Assembly (NCBI GenBank): GCA_047495785.1
Contig: JBLDXI010000009.1
Span: 4,154,001-4,218,000 of the forward strand
DNA length: 64,000 nucleotides
Direction of reading: 5' to 3'
Origin: Lepidodermella squamata
Lineage: Eukaryota > Animalia > Gastrotricha
The translations under genes and the position numbers were made by a program. Positions 12,139 through 23,110 of this stretch are shown piece by piece; position 1 is the stretch's first letter, and every line of letters starts with the position of its first letter. The notes under the pieces were generated by a model. That model worked only from the letters and a program-made list of their open reading frames with translations. It was not told where the DNA came from and did no database searches.

Positions 12139-15100
12139 ATGTCGATTTTATTTAAATTATTATTTACTATTGTTATATTCAATTCAATCGAAGCTAAAAT
12201 TGTGATTAATGAGCTGAACGGTACGATTGACACACCTGTGTCCGCGCAAGTCTCTGCCCTCGAGCAAGTTATAGTTCATTATGATATTGGCGAGCTGGGC
12301 CCGGATCTTGAAGATCAGACGCTGAAATTTGACGTTGCGAGTAACGAAGCGCGAAATGATCGGCCGATTGTTGTGACGATTACTAGCGGCGGGACTATTC
12401 AGCAAGTTACCCTGCCGCAAACTGTCTCAACAGCGCCGGTGATTTATTCGAAAACAACAGTCACCCTGTGCCTGGTTAATGCAACACTAGGTGGGTTACT
12501 AATTTAAAATTGAGTCCAATTACATATTTACGCCAATTTGCGAATTTGTCATTTTCAGTTTGCGAATGAGGTTTCAACACAAAAATAAGCCTATGGCACT
12601 AAATTTCTTTGATTCTGTGCGATTTCGGTTTTTTGTTGATAAATACTGATCCTGAACTTCGGTTTTTAGCTGTTTTTTACTTAAGCTATAATTTGCCATA
12701 AACTATATAGAAAAACCATCGATATTTGGTTCCAACGCGGTTGATATGTGAAAAATCACTGATTTCTAAAATCGAATCGAATCTAAAATCTAAAATCGAT
12801 AATCAGCTCTGCAGGCTGAACTCGAAAACTGGCCGCTCATAACCTAAACTCCTCATAACATGGAAATTTATCGGTTAGGCATAATAACGAAAAATTGAGA
12901 TTCTAATGAAGACGCGAAACTCGAAAAACCCTATTTTGGGGAAAAATAGTGCTCGAAATTTTTATTTGCCTAATCAAAATACAAAAAATTGCGGATATTT
13001 TCCCGCGCAGACCCAAAATTTGACATCGCCCGATGTTTATGAAAAATTCAATAAATCTTGTAGGATAAAAATAGCAACATCTTGCAATAGGAAGACTGAA
13101 AATTCTCACAAATTATTGAAAGCCGGCAGGTTCATATCAGATATAAGTTCATTTATAATCAACAATTTCTTATCGATTCTTAGATCTGAATACGGTGGTG
13201 ACTGTCCATGTAACCGCCAGCTCTTCCTCCGTGCCGATGTCCTTTAACTTGACGGCGCATCTATTCGCAAATTACACTTTATCAATAGGCGGCTCTTACC
13301 CGCCCGTCATCGTCGCCCCGGCCGCCCCGCTTTCTTACCGATTCGAATTCCCGAAAAACGGCAACGATCTCGACAAAGTCCTAGTCCGCGTTAACTCGCC
13401 CGATGAGCGCTGCTCAGTGCTATCAGTTCAACGCGATTCTTGCCCGATAAACAACCAAGAGGACGACATTAAATTCACGGGGACTTTCCAGACCTTCACG
13501 AAACAAGCCGCAATCACGGTTTCGCGGTCGCTATTCGACACCCACGATTTTTTCATCGTAATTTCAGTCATGTCCAGCGATGCTGAATGCGAACCCACCC
13601 TGCCTAATATCGCGTGGCATATAAGTAATATGAGGAAAGAACACATTGAAGATAACGGCTGGACCCCGTTGACTCCAGCGATGATGAGGCAAAAATCTGT
13701 AACAATCACCCTTGAAAGAGTTGCATCTCAAAAGGACGTTTTAATCGCAACCGGCACTGTTGTATCCATTTTTTTCGCGGTCATTGTAATAGTCCTATCA
13801 TTGACCTGCACGGTAACTCGAAGGCGGTTGAAGAAAATTTTGATTGAAAAGGAAAACCGGTCGATGGTTAGCCCGGATGAGGAAAGGGCTAGAAGTGTTC
13901 GCAGGCGTTTGATGCAGAATCCGCAGGCCAGTAGTACACCGAGTGGGACAATCCGAGCTCGGAGTAATTACGGCTCGTTATTAGCCCCCGAGGTCGTGAT
14001 TCGAACCCCGGGTGATAATAATAATAACACGGCCAACAATGCGGCTGGTTCGCAGACGAATGGAACTCAATTTTTCTCGCCATCTGCGCCGAGTGGGACT
14101 GGCGGGAATGACGGGACTGAAACGAGCGGCGGGGAGAGTCGCGATGAAATTTCACCGATTGGTATTGCGGCGAATACTATGGACCAAGTTACGCCGACGC
14201 CGCCTGATGAGGATGAAACGTAAGTTATCATGCCAGATTTATTTGAAGGCTAATTCAACAATTCAGAAAACTTCATGGTTATTGAGCTTTTCATAGGCGC
14301 AATACAGCGTGTCCCAGAAGTTGCACGACTGTTTTTAAATTTGGCAACTTTTTGTAGGAAATTCATTTAAAATTCCATCTTTTATCCTTGATATAACCGA
14401 AGAAATGAAAAATTTACCGGAGGAGACCCAGAAATCCCCGATGGTAACTGTCCCCGTAATTTTCGGTATTTTACCCGGTTGGGCCAAATATCTTCTGACT
14501 TTTTTTAATCCCATTTACAAGTGACTTGTTTGATTACTATTCTCAGGATTTTTTTAATTTTTCTAAAATTTTTCTGGCCATGAGATGTGACTTCGTCAAT
14601 AATTTAGAGTTTATGAACCATTTTCCGTGGATTTTCTTTGCTTGCGTTGCTTATGGCACGCGCTGTACTACAAGTTGTAATTTTTGCGGGCAATTTTTTT
14701 TAAAGTTCCAAATTTGAATTACTGGAAAAAAATTAGTTCCGCCTTTTCACTAAAGAATCAACAAAGGAAATCCGGAAAATCCCGATTGGTATCTAATTGG
14801 TTCGGTAATTTTCGGTATTTTACCCAGGTGGACCAAATTTCGGAATTTTTCAGATTTTACGAAAATTCTGGCCATGAGATGTGACTTCCTATCTCATTTT
14901 AAAGTTACTGAGCCATTTTCCGTGTATTATTTTTGCTTGCGTTACTTGTGGGACACGCTTTATTGCTAACAAATATAGTTTATAATAATTATAATTATAT
15001 TATAATAATCATCAGTTATGATCTTAAAATACTTTGAATTTATTTTAGCTCATCGGTGGATAGTTCTGAATACGACAAAGTTCCAGAAGTAACCTATGAC

Positions 15101-18100
15101 AAGGAGCTTATCCGAACGAAAATCCGCCTTTACGTGTCAGATATGGCGACTAAACGGCCGCGTGATCTCGTCAAAAAATACGCCCTATACCCATGGAACC
15201 TCGGCATCATTTCATTTTTCTACGTCCTACCCGTCGTCCAACTCGTTCTAGCGTATCAAATCGCTGTAAACCACCTCGGCAATCAAGACACCTGCTACTA
15301 CAACTTCCGATGCGCGATTCCAGTTCTTGGCTTCTCAGCCTTCAACAACGTTTTTTCAAATATAGCCTACGTTGTACTGGGAATTTTATTCATCGCCGTT
15401 GTCCGGTATCACCATCATATGCTGAAAGACTGGGAATTTCGGACGTCGAATGAAGTTCGATCGCGGCGAGACTCTGTCCTAGTTCCGGACACGCCAACCT
15501 CCCCAATGGCGCCTAGTACAAGTTTTGCGGTTTCGATGCGCCAACCTAACGTCGCGTTAGGAATTCCGCCAATTCACGGAATTTTCTACGCCCTAGGCAT
15601 CGCCTTGATCATGGAAGGCATCATGTCGGCTTGTTACCACGTTTGCCCGAATTCGTCGAATTTCCAGTTCGACACGACGTACATGTACATTTTAGCGTGG
15701 TTGTTGATCGCGAAAATCTACCAGACTAGGCACCCTGATATCGGCCGCAATGCGCATTTATTTTATTTCGGCATAGCCGTCGTCATTTTTCTGGCCATGT
15801 TAGGCGCCGTTTTCGGGGTCAACTCGATCCTGTTCTACGTCCTACTTTGCGTTGTCATGTTTCCGATGACTATTGAGATTAGTTTGTACTTTTACTACAT
15901 GGGCTCGTTTAAGATGGATTCGTCGGTTTTCTATCGAGTTTATTACTCGCTGTGGCACGCATGGGCAAGCCGGTCGTTCCGGCCTAGTCACCCGTTCCGG
16001 TTGGTTTTTGTCGCAGTTTTCAACGGCCTGAATTGGGGATTGGCGTTTTTCGGCGTTTTCACGCATCCGCCGGATTTCGATACGTTTCTGCTAACGATTT
16101 CAATTGCCAACGTTATGCTGTACCTTGTGTTCTACGTTATTATGAAAATCAGGTAAATTTTTAGCTATTACACTTGCAGTAACACAAAATGATATGGGAT
16201 CAAATTGTCCCAGATTAGATGCAATTTCGTGTCCTTGAAGCTTTTTTAACGCTGAAAAAATAACTTGAGGGTGATTCAAAGCGTTGCGGACAGACAAAAG
16301 TTGCCACCTTGTGAGATAGCAAGAAGAATATTTGGAGTTGAAGATTATTGTTTAGTTGGAGCATTTACAGTTTTGCTAACAACATATGGATTTATAAGGT
16401 CAGGGCCGGCTGGCGAGTTGAACCTTTATTTTCTTGAGAGCATCAACAATTAGAGATTCGGAGAAATCTAAATCATTCATAACGCATGCAGACATTCTCG
16501 TTTGCCATTATTTCACGTCAGATAGCCAATGCCGCCCACCCTGTCTACGGCGCCCTTGCCATGGTACGAGGTAAAGAAATGCCAGCTGAGGCTTTCGAAA
16601 GAGAGCTCGCATGCGGTGGCTTCCCAGGAAAAATCGTTGTTTAAAGTGCATTTTCGCCCCATCGCTGAAGCCATCGAACCTTAAAATCTAACAGGGCCTT
16701 CATGCGAAAGCATTGTGCTGCATTATAATCGTGCAGAAGTCGAACATGTATGAAGCCTCGAATTGTTATCATGGACGACCCGAGTTTGGTTGCTATCAGC
16801 GAGAGGAGTCCTTCCAATGGTCCTAACCACGTGAGTTAGTGATGCTTCGATTTGGTGTGCTGATTCAGGCCGAGGACTTGCCTTTGATTCATTTATTCTT
16901 TATTCTTTATTCTTCTTCTTGTTCGCGAGCAACAGTGGCGAAATGGTCATAGGTACAAAATGTCATGGCGCCTCACTACTGACGTCAAATAGTTATTAAG
17001 GTCGAGCTGTTTAACATAGTTTTTAAAGTTATTATGAGAATTAGGTATTAATATAATCAGTAGGTATTGAATTCCAGAGAGGCCTCACACGCCTAACAAA
17101 GGAATATTTATAAGAATCAATATTTGTAGGTATAAAACTAATTTCATGAGCAACTGCTCTACGGCGACTAGAAATAGAAAAAAAATCATAAAAATTTAGA
17201 TCAACAGTAATTTGATACATTTTGTGACAGAGACAAATATCCCTGATGAGACGACGTTCCTCTAGTTTTCGCAAGTCAAGTTTTTTCAGTCGTTCATCAT
17301 AGTTAAAACCGTCGACAGAAGTATAAAACAAAGAGCCAGGACATAACAATTTTTTAGTAAAATTAATTTGCACACTTTCTAGGTCATCTATGTCGGAAAG
17401 TAAAATAGGAGAAGCTACAGCAGGACAATACTCAACAAGAGGTATAACGTGTGTTTTAAAGGCTTTCAGTCGCATTTCTTTTGATTTAAAACATTTAAAT
17501 ATAGCATTAGTAACTCGGGCACATTTGTCAATTACTTGAGAAGTATTATACGAAAGATTTAGCTGGTTGTCAATATATACACCGAGATCCTTAACAACTT
17601 TTTCGAGCACCAAATTATTACCATTTATAGTGTATTCAAAATCGATAGCACTTTTGCCCAATCTAAGAACCACGCACTTTTTAGGATTCACGGAAAGCCC
17701 ATTAGTATTATAATACGTTGTGATATTATCAAGGTCATGTTGTAAAGAAAGACAGTCATTAATAGAGTGTATCACCTTGTATAGTTTCGTATCATCCGCA
17801 AAATATTTGGCTATAGCTCTAGTAAGGACGTCATTAGAAAATATAGTGAAAATAATAAATAACCTATAAAGAGAAAATGTATATATATATTCAATATATA
17901 TACATTTTCTCTTTCCTATATCTTTATATATTGAAGGAATATATATAATAAGGAATACCTTCAAATATTTTGAAGCGAATTTGGTGAGAAATAAACCGCA
18001 ACGATGCGAAATTTAGATTCAGACGTCGTACAATCACACGTCACACTCTCAACGAACCCATCATAGTTAAATTCGGCGATTTTAAGAGGATTAAGAGAAT

Positions 18101-21100
18101 TATGAATGAACAGACCTGAACCACCAAGACGCCTGTTATCAGGCCTATTAACACAGAACGAATTGTAATTTAAGTTGGTCAATTGATGAATGGTATTTTT
18201 TCCTTTCTTGAAGCCTGTTTCAGCCACAATTACAACTTGCGGCACGTTCTCGTACGATAAGATTCTAGATAAGAGTAGATCACTTTTTTGCTCTATTGAA
18301 TTAGCATTGCAGTAGAAGAAATCAATCTGAGATAAGTTAACAGAACAAGTAGGGGCGCCCAGTTCCTATTTTCGAAAATTTTCACTACACGCCACAGAAT
18401 TAAAATTAGGTTGTTGGAAATAGGGGGCGAAATTCGACGGACTGAAACAAGTCAGATAGTTTGTTTGATGGGGCACCATCCGGTAGAAAAGTGGTGTTGA
18501 CACCGCCACGGGTTTTCGATTCCCGTTGAAGAGGCATTGTAAGGCACGCCCCAGGCACTTTTTTCTAATACTCGGCAAAGTTGGTTAGAACAACATGTTC
18601 GTAAAGTAGTGCCAACTGTTTCGATTCTGCCGTTTTCTCGCGTTGCCATTCAGGTTTGCGAGACTCACCAGAGAAGAGAAGATTCTTTTCCCAGGTGGTA
18701 TTGAGGTCGTTGGTCGGCGGTGAGTAAGTTTGCACAAATTCTGGATTATTGATGCCAAGAACGTGCATAGCGTCGATATTCACACCAGCAGGTTGCGGCC
18801 GAGTTAGAGTGGGTTGCGCCTCTCTGGTGGCGACAGTCCACGAGTGACATGATACTTGATAGTTGAGTCCCCAACTCCGTAACCAACAGCATCAGCAAAA
18901 TGCGTCATCGCAAGGGCAAAGGAATTGCCTAGCAATGAGGATGATGGATCACTTGCAAAGTGTAATATGGACTTAGATTTCAGTCCAATGGAGGATCCGA
19001 CTGACTGTGGATGGAAGAAGAGGTGGCTACGCAACAACGTACTGAAGTTGTACATACACAATTTGTTAGCTTTGGCGTTAGAAAAATCCAACAAATCCAG
19101 AACCATGGGCTTGGTGGCCGGGTGTATGATGGTTGAAGGATTCTCCGAACCAATGAAGATGTAACGAAAAAGACCGTTCTCAAGATATTGCGCCCACAAA
19201 TCAGGATGAACAAGGATTTCAATGCGCTCTTGAGCGCGCGTGAACATGATATAGAGATGAGTCAGATCAGAAACGTGAGGTGTTTTTACGCTCGAAGACA
19301 TTAGCACAATAGAAGCTTGGGTGGACATACCTTGGCAGCCCATGAAGGTGGCAACTACGACTCCAGGTGGTAAGGAGCGTACCTTCTCAAAGAATTTATC
19401 TTTGGCGGCTACATACATGGTCGCGACGGATATTGTTTTGATACCGGAGGCGAGCATGTGGTCCATGGTGCTTGTGGCAGCATCAATTTCTTCAGGATAC
19501 CAACGCGAACCTTGCCCCTCAGTTTTATTTTGACCGGGGACGATTCTGGTGTGCTCAATTAACTTGGTCTTTTTCGTAAAAGTTGTTGAAGCCGGAGCGA
19601 CAACCGAAACAAGTCGAGCCGCGATGGAACCTTCGGAGAATCGAAAGTTGATACGGTGATAAATGATCTGCCTGTGCTTGAAATAGGCGAGTATAGGATA
19701 GATTGTTAAGCGCTTCGTCAAATCAGCTGCGTCGAAGGTGCCAAGTTGTTCTGGGTCACCTGCCATCATAATGTGCACTCGATCTTGAGTGAGATACATG
19801 AAGGTCTGCAACGCTTGCATTTGGCCGATCTGGAAGGCTTCATCAATAATGAAATACGAGGCATGAGCAAGCCAGTTCGTACCGCTATTGTGAATAGACG
19901 TTAAAGTTCCAAAAACGATGTCACCACCCTTGTCATAAGAGACTTCAGAGCGGTCCATAAATGGTATGGGGGTTTTTGCGATAGTGGCATCACGGCCCCA
20001 TTGGACAACGAATTCAGAATCATGTCGAGTGATGATTTTGATACGTGGGCGTAGCTGCGGGAATTTAGCAACGACTTCTTTGTACAAGCGAAAGACACTT
20101 GCATTGTCACGTGCGACGAGCACGGATATTGAGTATTTCCTGGAAGGGTCTTGCACTGCAGTCGCCCAATCGTTTAGCATTTGAGTAGTTTTTCCTGTAC
20201 CAGAGGAGCCTATGTGGATGGTGGCTTGACCTCGATTGAAACAATTCGCTCGAAGACCAGCAATACCACTTAGTTTGCTCTTGATCTCAGGTGCGCTAGG
20301 GGTGCGTACATTGAATTGGGTGCATTTGCAATCCCCTGTGATAGCGCCTTCGGCATTGCCACATTTGCAATCAATCGTTACGAGTCCTCGGAATCGATCC
20401 AATGAACGATAAAGTTGGTCAGAGAGGAGTGTTGCTCGATCAATAACTGAATTATTGTAGCGAGCTTTGATCGCAGAATAAATGGTGAGTACGACATGCA
20501 TATTGTGGCGAATAACATTCTCCATATGCACATTCGGTGGAGGACAGGTGAGTGTCTGACCAATGTGCTCCGAGATGATATGGAATAAATGATCTTCAAT
20601 CTCAAATGGATCCATGTCCAAGAAGTCGAACGGGGATAGAAACGTCGCTTCATTTGGAATGGTGGCACGATTATGGCCGATGAAATAGGGCCAGGGACCA
20701 GAGCCATGAGAAAACTCGGACATGTCTTCGCCAAAATCTTGAAGGCCACGATGGGTGTAAACCTCGGGCCAGAACAGATAGGAAGTGTTTTCGTCAACGG
20801 ATATAAAAAAATTCAAAAACATGATCAGGAAGATTGTCAGATAAGAAACGTTTGATTTTGGTCTGGCTTTCGAGCGTGTTATGATTAATTAGAACGCGAA
20901 GATTACTAGAAAAGATGGTGGAGTTGATATTTACCACGTGAACGAAGGGAAACAAATCGACATGTAAATCAAGGATGTGAACTATTGTTTCGTCAATTAT
21001 TCCCCGCTTCAATTGGATACCACCAGGGTTTGCACTGGCTGGGGTCAATGGGTTGTGAAGATCTGAAAAAGCGGCTAACCCGATTTGGGAAGCTTTCAAT

Positions 21101-22268
21101 ATTTCTTTCAACATCACACGAGCCTTATGACCTTCGACCTTATTGCGGTTTTCAAGTGCTGTGATGGCAGCATCAAGCGAGCGAAGGAGGTTGACGATTT
21201 CTTTGATTATAGCTTTCTTACGTGAAATTGCATAATGATAATCGTCACCAGGGGTGATAACTTTCTTTTGTAATTCGGCTATAAGAGCCATGTAGTGCTT
21301 GTTGAGATCAGAGTCGGCTTTGGATATTTTCTTAGCCTCACGAGCCTCCCCATCAACGCTCTCACCTAAATCAATCAACTCCATGAGTTTGGATTTCCAG
21401 TGGAATTCCAGTCGGGCGATTTTGGAATATTTTCCATCACGCGCGGTTTCAGGTTTTTCGCTCGTGGTTCGTGGCCTTCGAGCTGAGCAGTCGTTTATTC
21501 GCACGCAAATTCTGTACCTTGCTTCGATCTACTTCCTAATTTTTGTTAAAAGATTATGGGAATTTAACTTGAGACTGTCGCACTGGCTCTCATTAACGTT
21601 TATTTTCACGGCTCTACGTGGAGAAATAGCAACTGGTAACAACAGTGGAACAGCAAGGGAAGAGACAATAATTGACAGGCTGAGGCAGAAGATATTGAAA
21701 GCGAAATTTTAGAGGGACACCTAGAAGTCCGGGTACAGCTTCATGACTTCTACGAGCTGAGATTTCAGTTTGTAGAATTTGCTAATGGGAAACGTCTCAG
21801 CGGCCAACGGACCAGTGTTCCGAACTAGGTTGCGCCATGTAACTAGTCGACAACTGATATCTGATAAACTGTTGAAAATTTAGGGAAATTGATTGGAATA
21901 TTCGAAATTCGATTCCCCATTTCGTTTTGGTAGCTAAAAAATATTTTTTAATTTACAAGTATTTTGAAGATTATTTCAATTTTAGGCATCGAGAGCGAAT
22001 TCACTGGTGGACAATCGTGACAATAATAATCGCCACATTTTTCTGGGTATCAGCCTTTGTTTTCTTCGTCGAGCACCAAACATCGTGGCAGTTAACGCCG
22101 GCTGGTTCGCGAAATCTCAACCACCCGTGTCTGTTGTTCAACTTTTTCGATGCGCATGACATTTGGCACTTTTTGTCCGCCTTCGCCATGTTCTTTTCCT
22201 TTCTCATCCTGCTCGTTATCGATGACGAAGTCATGTTGTTGCCGCGCGATAAAATCGCTGTATTCTAA
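12139..22268 (+). CDS. SIDT: SID-1 transmembrane family protein (SIDT1/2, CHUP-1-like); exons 12139-12490, 13184-14219, 15049-16152, 21986-22268
   Basis: Signal peptide, beta-rich ectodomain (CSVLSVQRDSCPI, FQTFTKQAAITV), multi-TM region with hallmark motifs GNQDTCYYNFRCA, SAFNNVFSNIAY, EGIMSACYHVCPNSSNFQFDT and FFDAHDIWHFLSA; all three splice junctions keep frame. Confidence 0.95.
14305..14960. mobile_element. Tc1/mariner-type MITE with an internally duplicated 3' half (SIDT intron 2)
   Basis: TA|CAGCGTGTCCCA at 14303-14316 and TGGGACACGCT at 14949-14959; a block (..TTTTCGGTATTTTACCC..CTGGCCATGAGATGTGACTT..CCATTTTCCGTG..) occurs twice; the same family recurs at ~24720-26040. Confidence 0.7.
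16360..16474 (-). pseudogene. Degenerate non-LTR RT 'domain 0' fragment
   Basis: Minus strand reads DLDFSESLIVDALKKIK...AGPDLINPYVVSKTVNA (frameshifted), like the 'v..al..l...spGPDgi' segment preceding LINE RT domains. Confidence 0.5.
16531..16669 (-). pseudogene. DDE/DDD transposase fragment (Sola2-like)
   Basis: Minus strand encodes FSDGAKMHFKQRFF and, after a frameshift, SWHFFTSYHGKGAVDRVGG, matching the SDG..xFKx / WxFF.xxHGKG.xDG.GG signature. Confidence 0.65.
16892..18460 (-). mobile_element. CR1-clade-like non-LTR retrotransposon remnant: partial APE, internal deletion, RT C-terminal half, microsatellite tail
   Basis: APE motifs FFYCNANSI...IVAETG...GGSGLFI...VAVYFSP (18365-17961); RT YFADDTKLY, LQHDLD, NPKKC, KDLGV, LESVQINFTK, YDERLKKLDL (to 17041); 3' tail (GAATAAA)3 at 16912-16892. 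The 5' boundary is approximate. Confidence 0.88.
18804..20822 (-). CDS. Intronless superfamily-1 (Upf1-like / nidovirus-like) RNA helicase ORF, probably virus- or TE-derived
   Basis: Ordered SF1 motifs: I GSSGTGKTT, Ia LVARDNASV, Ib IVFGTL, II IIDEAFQ, III AGDPEQL, IV INFRF, ATMY, V ATFMGCQG, VI YIMFTRA; a CxC..CxC cluster upstream; 672 codons without introns in an intron-rich genome. Confidence 0.85.
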   Translation of the reverse strand: MFLNFFISVDENTSYLFWPEVYTHRGLQDFGEDMSEFSHGSGPWPYFIGHNRATIPNEATFLSPFDFLDMDPFEIEDHLFHIISEHIGQTLTCPPPNVHMENVIRHNMHVVLTIYSAIKARYNNSVIDRATLLSDQLYRSLDRFRGLVTIDCKCGNAEGAITGDCKCTQFNVRTPSAPEIKSKLSGIAGLRANCFNRGQATIHIGSSGTGKTTQMLNDWATAVQDPSRKYSISVLVARDNASVFRLYKEVVAKFPQLRPRIKIITRHDSEFVVQWGRDATIAKTPIPFMDRSEVSYDKGGDIVFGTLTSIHNSGTNWLAHASYFIIDEAFQIGQMQALQTFMYLTQDRVHIMMAGDPEQLGTFDAADLTKRLTIYPILAYFKHRQIIYHRINFRFSEGSIAARLVSVVAPASTTFTKKTKLIEHTRIVPGQNKTEGQGSRWYPEEIDAATSTMDHMLASGIKTISVATMYVAAKDKFFEKVRSLPPGVVVATFMGCQGMSTQASIVLMSSSVKTPHVSDLTHLYIMFTRAQERIEILVHPDLWAQYLENGLFRYIFIGSENPSTIIHPATKPMVLDLLDFSNAKANKLCMYNFSTLLRSHLFFHPQSVGSSIGLKSKSILHFASDPSSSLLGNSFALAMTHFADAVGYGVGDSTIKYHVTRGLSPPERRNPL
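20794..21528 (-). CDS. Helical/coiled-coil ORF upstream of the helicase; probably the same original reading frame broken by a 1-nt indel
   Basis: Open frame from 21528 with no ATG at its start; overlaps the helicase ORF at a T7 run (A7 at 20805-20811); deleting one T fuses the two frames. Confidence 0.55.
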   Translation of the reverse strand: MEARYRICVRINDCSARRPRTTSEKPETARDGKYSKIARLEFHWKSKLMELIDLGESVDGEAREAKKISKADSDLNKHYMALIAELQKKVITPGDDYHYAISRKKAIIKEIVNLLRSLDAAITALENRNKVEGHKARVMLKEILKASQIGLAAFSDLHNPLTPASANPGGIQLKRGIIDETIVHILDLHVDLFPFVHVVNINSTIFSSNLRVLINHNTLESQTKIKRFLSDNLPDHVFEFFYIR

Positions 22269-23110
22269 CTGCTGCTGCTGCTGCTGAAGATGGAAAAACA
22301 ATGACCAGAAGCATGTGTTTCAGCTATAAATTAATCATTATTCGAGCTTTCATACCACTTTTACTTATGTTCTACAGCCCGGTTGCCGAAAAACACCTGC
22401 ATGATAAATTGTGAGAAAATTCGATCAATTAAAATTATTGCATAATATTTGCGAAAAATAAACAATATTTCATGATTTTTCAACATTTTTTTATTCTCGT
22501 CTCCATTTCTCCGCATTATAGAAACCGTATAGTAGCATTATTTGCAGTTGTGTTTTTTTCATTTATAATATACAATTTAACAACGGGAAATTGCTAAAAT
22601 TATAATCTAAGCATCTATTTCTAAAAGATGAGAACGTAAAGTTTTTCAAAGCATGAAAAGAAAGTGCGGTTTTATGATGAAATCGTAGAAAAATAGCTCG
22701 ATTTTCGCCACATTTTTTCCGTAACAGGATGTACAACGAGAAAAATTCAGCATTTATAACATAATATTACAATTTTTCCTCGAATGAAATAATTAATATA
22801 TATCATTAATTTCTCCTTCAGACTAATTTTTGGCGACAGTTGCATTGTATAAAATTGATGGTTATTAAGGGCTCAGTTTCAAACAATGAAAAAGCACCGA
22901 GAAAATCATATTTTTCCAATAAATATTACTATGATACAGTAATTAACCAGTTAAGCAGCAACGACTGGTATTCCAAGGCCTTGCTTCGATGGCTTTAGGT
23001 TGAGTGCTGCAAAACTTGGGTTTAACGGAAATTCCGATGTTGTTGTAGCAGTGTTTAAGAGAGAAACGGAAAATTTCTGCCGACAAAAAGTGCGTAGGTT
23101 CTAGTTTTGG

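Noticed and set aside
20794-20822. Programmed -1 ribosomal frameshift as in nidovirus ORF1a/1b
   Set aside because: Joining the frames needs +1 (or -2), no RdRp motifs follow, and a homopolymer indel explains it more simply.
18804-20822. Helitron Rep/helicase or host UPF1 gene
   Set aside because: No HUH Rep motifs or PIF1-type signature; lacks the Upf1 CH domain and the high conservation expected of UPF1; intronless and decayed at both ends.
21299-21712. 137-aa plus-strand ORF in SIDT intron 3
   Set aside because: Antisense shadow of the minus-strand ORF; SIDT exons 3 and 4 join in frame without it.
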